Below are positions 8,646 to 16,400 of a stretch of DNA of 47,480 nucleotides, in pieces. Both the position numbers and the translations under genes were made by a program. The notes under the pieces were generated by a model. That model had not been told where the DNA came from, did not search any database, and was given only the letters and a program-made list of their open reading frames with translations. Source of the DNA: Lentisphaeria bacterium (GTDB lineage: Bacteria > Verrucomicrobiota > Lentisphaeria > JABSQK01 > JAWLHB01); assembly GCA_041690595.1 (NCBI GenBank), contig JAWLHB010000055.1, forward strand, positions 1 to 47,480. The letters run 5' to 3'. Each line of letters starts with the position of its first letter. Position 1 is the stretch's first letter.

Positions 8646-10742
8646 TCATAGATACCAGACGGCAACCTCGTTGGGGGCCAGATCGTGGGTGAGGCGGGTG
8701 GATTTGCCGAGCTCGCGGGTATTGCCGTTGAGCAAATGGAGCTGGCCAGCTGGCTGACTGGATGGTTGAAAGCGGCTGGGATCGAGGGTGACCGCGGCCT
8801 GACCACCTGCCGCACCGGCGGCGATGACGACCGCGGGGCCGTGGGAGGAATCGTAGGCATAGGCGACGACGCCAGGCGCGTTGGCGCAGCTCAGCCCGTC
8901 CGTGTGGCGGAAGCGGCCAAAGGCGATGCGATCGGCGCAGCGCTGACGCAAGGCGGCAAGTTTGGCGATGTGGGCTGCCAGGGCAGGGCGTTTGTCAAGG
9001 TTGGACTCGCCACCATCGATGGTGATGCAGAGCAGGAGGCCGGCCGCAAAGGCATGGCTGGCGTGGCTCTCGCCCGCCGTGAGGTAATCGATGACATAGC
9101 TGAGCAGGGCGTGGGGAGAGGCGTAGTGGACGCGGGCGAGGGCATCGATGCCGGTATTGGTGAAGTTCCACTCCATGTGCAGATCGATGGCGCGCGAGGC
9201 GCTGAAGATGTCGAACTGCTCGCCGATGATGTAGGCTCCGGCATCCCTGGCTTGCAGGCGGGCGCGGATCTGGGCGATGGTGGTGTAGCAGGCCCAGGCT
9301 GCATCGTCGGGTCGATCCTCATCGCCCATGTGGTTGTAGTCGGGGCAGTAGAGGAAGGGCTGATCGTAGAAGCAGGCGGTATAGCCGAGCTCCAGGTACT
9401 TGTCGAGCTGCCTGTCGATCCGTTGGCGGGCCTTGGGGGAGCGTGGGCTGAGGAGGATGCAGTTCATGCCCAAGTGTGGGGTGAAGATGGCAGAGGTTCG
9501 CGTGCCGCCACCCCAGTTTTCACGGCGTTCCGAACCATCCAGGCAAAGCACCGCTTCCGACTTGAACTCCTCGTACAGCTTGGATTGGACATTGATGTGG
9601 CGGCAGTTGATCAGGGCCGAGACCGTGGCCCCGGCTTCCTGGGCTTGCCGAATCGCCTGCATGAGCTGCTCGCGCTCCCCGGCCGGATAGGTAAGTGCGT
9701 CGACATCGGGCTCATAGATCGCGTAGTTGCCCAGCGAAAGGGAATCCCACACCACCAGATCCCGGACGCCGTGACGGATACCCGCGGCGGCATGTTCGGC
9801 CAGAGAGTCCAGTGGATTCTCGGGCGTTCCGTCGAAGTTGCGCAGGAGGATGTTCTGAAAGCCGATCGAGGTGCGCAAGGCTTCCGGCTGCCGCAGTTCG
9901 ACTCCCACGGCCTGCTTGAACCAGGCGTAATAGCGATCGGCGGTGAGATGCCAGTCGCCGTCATGAACGCGAATGCCGAGCGGCGGCGAACTCCAGCTTC
10001 CGCCTTTGCGGATCAAGGGGTAATGGCGCCACCAGTAGCATTCGGATGTGCCTTTTTCGTGGCCGGCCAGATTCTTGCCGCCGATGCCGCCCCAGTAAGG
10101 CCGCTCCATGTAGTTGACCATGGCCAGCGAGCCATTGGGGCCGGCGATGTCCAGCCAGGGCATGTACATGGCGCTGCCCGGATAGTCGACCACCACCTGC
10201 TGATACCATTCGCAGTAGGCAGGATAGCCGAAGTTGGGCAGTTTGCCTACCTTTGACTGCCATTTTGCCCCGGCGATCAGCTCGGTTGGCGGGTGATCAT
10301 CCTGTTGCTGCCAGCCCGGCAGCATGGGGAACTGGATCTCGTGAATGGGATCGCTGGACAGGTTCTCGACGGTCATGGAAAAGGAAAGTTCGTCGTCCGC
10401 GCCGGGTTCAATGCGAACGGTTGCCGAGCAGGCGGATGCTTCGCCTTCGAAAGCCAGGGTGGGGTAGGTGATGGTCACGCCGTCGGTCTCGCAGCGCCAC
10501 TGGATCTCCCGCTGGGCGTGGGCATCGCCGGCGCGTCCCCGCTGCAGCCGCCGCATGGCGACCAGCCGGAAGAGGCGGCCATGGTGTGGGCGCTCCACCA
10601 CCGAACACAGCGCCTTGCCGGTCGCGCCGTCGGTGATCTCCAGCAGGCATCCGGTGGCTTTGGAAAGGGAGATGATTGTCCTGCCGTGATGGATAACCAC
10701 GCACTCCTGATCGCCGCTGACGGAAAAGGTCGGGGTACTCAT
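8646..10742 (-). CDS. Putative glycoside hydrolase-like protein (DUF6259-like; N-terminal beta-sandwich plus TIM barrel)
   Basis: Start chosen at MSTPTF (10742). Motifs IHEIQFP, GGSWSSPP....HDGDWH..ADRY..W, G....FYDQ and IIGE resemble DUF6259 / clan GH-D-like proteins. No signal peptide. Confidence 0.6.
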   Translation of the reverse strand: MSTPTFSVSGDQECVVIHHGRTIISLSKATGCLLEITDGATGKALCSVVERPHHGRLFRLVAMRRLQRGRAGDAHAQREIQWRCETDGVTITYPTLAFEGEASACSATVRIEPGADDELSFSMTVENLSSDPIHEIQFPMLPGWQQQDDHPPTELIAGAKWQSKVGKLPNFGYPAYCEWYQQVVVDYPGSAMYMPWLDIAGPNGSLAMVNYMERPYWGGIGGKNLAGHEKGTSECYWWRHYPLIRKGGSWSSPPLGIRVHDGDWHLTADRYYAWFKQAVGVELRQPEALRTSIGFQNILLRNFDGTPENPLDSLAEHAAAGIRHGVRDLVVWDSLSLGNYAIYEPDVDALTYPAGEREQLMQAIRQAQEAGATVSALINCRHINVQSKLYEEFKSEAVLCLDGSERRENWGGGTRTSAIFTPHLGMNCILLSPRSPKARQRIDRQLDKYLELGYTACFYDQPFLYCPDYNHMGDEDRPDDAAWACYTTIAQIRARLQARDAGAYIIGEQFDIFSASRAIDLHMEWNFTNTGIDALARVHYASPHALLSYVIDYLTAGESHASHAFAAGLLLCITIDGGESNLDKRPALAAHIAKLAALRQRCADRIAFGRFRHTDGLSCANAPGVVAYAYDSSHGPAVVIAAGAAGGQAAVTLDPSRFQPSSQPAGQLHLLNGNTRELGKSTRLTHDLAPNEVAVWYL

Positions 10743-10790
10743 GAGAAAGTCCAAAGCTGAAGGTGTACGCAAGGATGTTGATGCTGTACC

Positions 10791-10855
10791 AGTATAGCGC
10801 CGTCCACGACTGTCGACCATGGACAGCCGTCCGAACCCCGTGGATAATCGTCCGA
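10791..10855 (-). promoter_or_regulatory. Putative AraC-activated promoter of the DUF6259-like gene
   Basis: Minus-strand -10 TATACT (10791-10796); direct repeats TGGACAGCCGTCCGA (10820-10834) and TGGATAATCGTCCGA (10841-10855) with a 21-bp period, abutting the -35 position. Confidence 0.6.
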
Positions 10856-10865
10856 TTTCTTTCCC

Positions 10866-11675
10866 GTGGAGCCTGTGGTGAATGAGCCAATCGTAGAGGT
10901 GGGCATGGTGCGCGTGAAAGCCGGCTTCCAGGCGAGCGGCGTGCATGCCGCTTGGTCACTCTCGCTGGTGCTCGACGGCTGCATCGAGCGGCTGCAACCG
11001 ACGGATTGCCGACTGGTGGAGGAGGAGACGCTCACCCTCCTGCGCCCCGGATGCCGCAGCCAGTGGCGAGTCCCCGACGATTGCGACGAAGCTCGCATCA
11101 TCTGGTTTGTCTTCCGCCCCCCTTTGCACTGGAGCGACCTGCTCGCGTGGACGGCGACGCCCTTTTGCCTGGCAGGCTCCCCGCTGAGTCGCGAGGTGAA
11201 GGCGGCGCTGCTCCGCGCCCATCGTCATTCCCGCTCCCCCCATCCCAATCGCGCCGCCCTCGTGATGAATGCCATCGAAGGGGCGCTCCTGCTCTGCCAA
11301 TCCGCCGTTGCCGTACAGCGGCAAGCGCGGGATCCGCGTATTGACGCCGTAATCGCCCATCTGACCCGCCACCTCGACCTCCCCCTGACCCTGGAAGAGG
11401 CCATGCGCGTAGCCTGCCTTTCCCGCTCCCGACTCGCTGAGCTGTTCAAGCGGCAAACTGGCTGCTCCGTGATGACCTACCTGGAACGCGAGCGCATGGC
11501 GCGCGCCCGGAACCTGCTCACCCTCACGCAGATGCCGATCAAACAGATTGCCGGGACGTTGGGCTTCGACGATCCCGCCTACTTCTCTCGTCGCTTCTCC
11601 ATGACCCAAGGCGCTTCCCCGCAGAGGTATCGGGAACGAGCTGGCGAGGGCGTGGCTCTCACAAGGTCCATGTAA
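10866..11675 (+). CDS. AraC family transcriptional regulator
   Basis: C-terminal double HTH: LSRSRLAELFKRQTG, RM.RARNLL..T.MPIKQIA..LGFDDPAYFSRRF....G.SP..YR. Cupin-like N-terminus. Start is uncertain. Confidence 0.92.
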   Translation: MEPVVNEPIVEVGMVRVKAGFQASGVHAAWSLSLVLDGCIERLQPTDCRLVEEETLTLLRPGCRSQWRVPDDCDEARIIWFVFRPPLHWSDLLAWTATPFCLAGSPLSREVKAALLRAHRHSRSPHPNRAALVMNAIEGALLLCQSAVAVQRQARDPRIDAVIAHLTRHLDLPLTLEEAMRVACLSRSRLAELFKRQTGCSVMTYLERERMARARNLLTLTQMPIKQIAGTLGFDDPAYFSRRFSMTQGASPQRYRERAGEGVALTRSM

Positions 11676-11823
11676 TGCGCTGAAAGTGATAGTGTCGGTG
11701 TGACCCCGCATGTCGCCTTACCTGTCGCCGGTACCGTTCAATTCGATTGGGGCGATCGCGATCACCTCAACAGCCTCCTGAGACTGGCGCAGCAGTTGGG
11801 GCCGTCAATTCCCGCAAGCTTTC

Positions 11824-12891
11824 CTACTCATGAATCGATGTGGCGTGCTCGTGAACCCACTGGGCGTCAAGGTCGGCGATCAAGTCATCGATAAAGCTGA
11901 AGGAATAGAAGTTCGTTGCGATAATCGGGGCGTCATGGTTTGCTTGGTCTTTCACCAGATAAACGAACTCTGGCAGTGACGACGATAGGGGGCTTCGCTT
12001 GAAACGACATAGGTATATGGGGTTGGCATGAATGACATACTCAAGATGTCGTCGGCCATCCAGATACGTATTTCTGTAGGACAAAAGCCGATCCGGGCTC
12101 ATGCCTTGAAGCCATTTGCGATACTTGTCGGCGCTCTCCTCTGTGTAATAATCGACAATGCGCTCAGCTGGCTTGCCTTTCATGGTTTCGTACATCTTGT
12201 GTAAGAACAGCATAGCAGGGTCTTGTCCAGCGGCATCCACTTCCGACAGGTCGACATTCACGGAGGTTGCTTTGAATCTGAGCGCCAAGCCGCCATCTCC
12301 AACCGGGTATGCCGCATAGCCCTCCCCAAGCGTGTTCGCCGGCTTGGGATCCCCATGGTCGAGACTGACAGAGATCAAGGAGGCGGCCGGATCTTGCCTC
12401 GGCGGCAGGATTACCAGCACTTGTCCACGATATCTGTACTTCATCGATGGCGTCCTCTTAACACCGTCGTGCGCGACCTGGAAGAACAGCAGCTTGCTTC
12501 CCTCCGTATCCAACTCACAGATGGGGATCGCATCGTCAATGAGATGGCTCCATGCATTATGAAGCATGGCAAGGTACTCAGACTCAACATCGACAGAGCC
12601 ATCCGCACTGTTGCCCTCTCGTATGAGGGTCTTCATCTGGGTGAAGGCTGCTTTAGCGGCTTTCGCGGATTCCGAAGTCGCCTGAGGATCATTCAAGCGC
12701 CTGCCCTTGCCCTCGAGGTACATATCCACTGGCACCTGGCATCGCTCAATCGGCAAGCTCAACTGAAAAAACAAGCCCCCATCCTGGGGTTCAGCCGCGA
12801 GCGATACCAGGGAGAGAGCTGCGGTCATCGCAAGAAGGAGGGTGCGCAAACGGATCGTCAGAATAGAAGGACAGAGTGTAGCAGGTTTCAT
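11824..12891 (-). CDS. Hypothetical secreted protein
   Basis: Start chosen at MKPATL (12891); signal-peptide-like LLLAMTAALSLVSLA|AE; visibly more AT-rich than its neighbours. No family recognised. Confidence 0.65.
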   Translation of the reverse strand: MKPATLCPSILTIRLRTLLLAMTAALSLVSLAAEPQDGGLFFQLSLPIERCQVPVDMYLEGKGRRLNDPQATSESAKAAKAAFTQMKTLIREGNSADGSVDVESEYLAMLHNAWSHLIDDAIPICELDTEGSKLLFFQVAHDGVKRTPSMKYRYRGQVLVILPPRQDPAASLISVSLDHGDPKPANTLGEGYAAYPVGDGGLALRFKATSVNVDLSEVDAAGQDPAMLFLHKMYETMKGKPAERIVDYYTEESADKYRKWLQGMSPDRLLSYRNTYLDGRRHLEYVIHANPIYLCRFKRSPLSSSLPEFVYLVKDQANHDAPIIATNFYSFSFIDDLIADLDAQWVHEHATSIHE

Positions 12892-13297
12892 GCTTCCGCC
12901 ATATCTGATTATCAATGTTGCTGTATGCTGGTCACTATAGCGGCATACTGACACCTTACGAATGTCTTTCGAGTAGTTCGCGAAAGGCTCTTTGGCGGGG
13001 CGGACCCAAACCAGGATGGAGGCTGAAGCCAGTGGCATTGAGCTCACGTAAGGAAGCGGCAATGGCCAAGTCGCGGTTCGGAGAACTCTTCCCACACCCG
13101 CAAGCCGTAGAAACGGCGGCCTCGTCAACCAAAGCTCCAAAATCTCTGCGTTGGGGCAAGGGCACGAAAGGAGACGGTCTGGACTTATGGAGAAGAATGT
13201 TCGGACAACGGCCGGATGTGGACACCCACTTTGGCGGGCCTGTCGAGAGTCAAGGCGTAAGAGTGCGCGTGGGCGGATGACAAGGGGTACGCTGCGG

Positions 13298-13363
13298 GAA
13301 AAACTATAATAAGGTTAGTTTTTCGACAGTTGTTTGACATAACACGCAATCTGAATTTATAAT
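13298..13363 (+). promoter_or_regulatory. Consensus sigma70 promoter with upstream inverted repeat for the large surface protein gene
   Basis: TTGACA (13334-13339) - 18 bp - TATAAT (13358-13363); perfect inverted repeat GAAAAACTA (13298-13306) / TAGTTTTTC (13316-13324). Confidence 0.75.
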
Positions 13364-13400
13364 GGCACTTAATTTGGAAAGAAGCTAATAGCAAAAAGGG

Positions 13401-16400
13401 ATGACGCATATGAGTTGGTGGAAAGGGATTATACGGATCGCGGTCGCGTTGATGGGGGTGGCAGGTGCAATGGGTGCTCCCGGCGATCTGGATGCCACTT
13501 TTGATGGAGACGGAGTGGTCATAAATAACCTTGGCGGCATCGAGACAGGAGGCGCGGTCGCACAGCTGGCGTCGGGCAAGTTGCTGATGACCGGATCGGG
13601 CAACGGCAGCACGTCGGTTCACACATTTGTGCGCTACAACTTGGACGGGAGCGTGGACACGACCTTCGGCACCAGCGGTGCGGCCAGCGGCATGCCAGGC
13701 GGCTTCTGGGGGTTCTCCCTCCTTGACAATGGCGGCTGGTTTGTGTGCAGCGACTACGACACGGGCTCTTTCAGCGAGTTGAATGACGCTGCGCTGGTCA
13801 AGTATACCAGCAGCGGCACCGTGGACACCAGCTTCGGCACCAACGGCCGCGTCATCTTCAACTATACCTCGAGCCCGGCCAGTGAAGTGGCGACGGCGGC
13901 ACTGGAACTGGATGATGGCAAGATCCTTGTCGGGGGATGGTTTCTGAAGGCTACGCTGGATACGGATGCGGCGATTGTTCGCCTGACAGCCACTGGTGCC
14001 CTGGACACGTCTTTCGGCACGGACGGCGTCGTCACCTTCGACCGCAGTGGAGGTGTGGACAAAGTGACCGGTCTGATCCCGCAGAGTGGCGGCAAATTCA
14101 TTGTCTATGGTGAGGCTGTGGACACCGCGGTCTTTGGCAAACCCTCCGAGATCTTCTTCCGCCGGTACAGCGCGGAGGGCGTGCTGGACACGACCTTCGG
14201 CACCGGGGGCACCACCTACGTGCGCACCGACGTCAACTCCGACCTTCCCGGCGGCTACGTGGTGCTCGATAACGGCAAGATTCTTTTTGCGATAAACGGC
14301 ACGGCGAAGTACTCGGTGGGACGCCTCACCGTGGATGGGGTACTGGACACCAGCTTCAGCGGCGACGGTGTGGCCGATCTCACCGCGACACTGCCTGGAG
14401 TTTCCTTTCCGGCCATGCAATCGGTCGGCGTGGCCGTCCAGCCGAATGGGCGCATCGTGGTGGGCGGCTGGATCAGTGGGTTCAACACCCAGCTTGTCTA
14501 CCGGCTCGGCTTTGCGCGCTTCGACCCGGACGGCACCGTTGACACGACGTTCGGCGTCAACGGGAGCATTACGCACAATGTTTCGGATGCTGCTCCCGAA
14601 TCCGCCATCAACGTGATCGCCCAGAGCGATGGAAAGATCGTTCTTGGGGGCTATCTGCCGACGGGTAGCGACGACCGCTTTCTGGTGCGGATCGACGGGG
14701 GTGACGCGGCGACGACGATAGCGCCCGTGGCCGCGGACGATGCCTATGTGGCCGGCATCAATACTGCCCTGTCCGTTCTTGCCCCCGGCGTCCTTGCCAA
14801 CGACACCGACGCCAATGACGATGCGCTCACCGCCGTCATCGGCACCCAACCGGCCAATGGCTCCGTCACCCTCAATGCGGATGGCTCCTTCACCTACACG
14901 CCCAACACCGACTACAGCGGCACCGATACCTTCACCTACACCGCATTCGATGGGCAGCTAAATTCCAATGCGGCTACCGTTGGGATAATCGTTGGCGCCG
15001 GCCAGAATCTGCTGGTAAGTATCATGGCCGACGGTACGCAGGGAAATAATGCCTCGACGGACCCCCACTGGGATCTGAACGGGACGAAGGTTGTCTTCCA
15101 GTCGGTATCCACCAGTTTTCCGCCGGCGTCCACCTCCGGCTGGGGCGTCTACATGGTGGATATTGCCGCGAGCACGCCCGAGGTGGTGCCGGTGAGCGTG
15201 GATGCCGACGGCACGCCCGCGAACAACAGCGCCGAGAGCCCGAGAATCAGTGCCGACGGATCCTGCGTCGTCTTCTCCAGCTACGCTACCAATCTGACCG
15301 GCGTCACCTTTGGCTCCGTCCTCTCTCGCGTCTTCCTTAAAGATCTGGGCACCGACGCCGTTGAGTTGATCAGCCAATCGACCGCGGGGGCGGTCAGCGA
15401 CGGCTTCTCCAGCAGTCCGCGAGTGAGCGCGGATGGCCGCTACGTCCTTTTCCGTTCCACCGCCAGCAACCTCACCGCCACCTCTACCAACAGCGTTGCC
15501 CAGTGGTACCTTCGCGATCGGACCAATCAGACCACGACGCTGGTGACGGTGGACGGCAATGGCAATGCGGCCAATAATCATATCCAGAATGCGTATCTCG
15601 GCAGCGGCCCGGTCGTCGTCTTCCAGGCCGGCGATGCGGTCATCGGCCCGGGTATCTGGATGCGGGACGTTGACGCGGGGACCACTACGCTTGTCAGCAG
15701 AAGACACGATGACTCTGCGCTGACAAGCGCGGATCTGATGGACGCTTCGGCGGACGGAACCCAAGTCCTCTTTGGCAGCAACGATCGCGACGTGATGGCC
15801 AGCGATACGGTCAGCGGGTACGATCTGTACGTCCGCGATATCGGCACGGGTGGTCTCGTGCGGGTGAATGAGAAGGCCGATGGCAGCGAAGTGGACGAGG
15901 CGCCGTCGCAGGCTTCGTTCTCTTATAATGGCGACTACGTGACGTTCGTTTCCCTGAATGGTCTGGTCGATTTCGACACCAACTTCTTGTCGGATGTCTA
16001 TCTTTACGACCTGACGGGTGACGAGCTTCGCCTGGTGAGCATCGCCAATGACGGCAGCCTTCCGGGCAGCAACGTGCGAACGTATCCCTCGCAGAATGGG
16101 CGCACCGTGCTCTTTGCCGCCTTCAGCGCCATGATCGAGAGCGATGTTAACGACATTACCGATGTTTACATCCATGACTTTGACCTTGCGCCGGCGCCTC
16201 CTGCCAACGATCCGCCTGAGGGCGCGGCCGATGCCTACAGCGTCATCCGCAACGGCATCCTTACCGTGCCCGCTCCAGGTGTGCTGAGCAACGATACAGA
16301 TGCGGAAGGGCATTCGTTGAGCGCCGTCACGACGCTTGCTGCGGAGCCCGCCCACGGAACCGCAGTGCTGGCAGCCGACGGCTCCTTCACCTATACGCCC

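Noticed and set aside
7598..8681. Functional diversity-generating retroelement (TR/VR pair)
   Set aside because: Only 36 bp; the adenines are in the coding copy rather than the non-coding one; no reverse transcriptase in the window. Kept only as an unexplained duplication.
12892..13297. c-di-GMP riboswitch or small ORFs upstream of the adhesin
   Set aside because: Only fragmentary resemblance (GCAA/GAAA loops), upstream of the consensus promoter; the short ORFs lack protein-like features.
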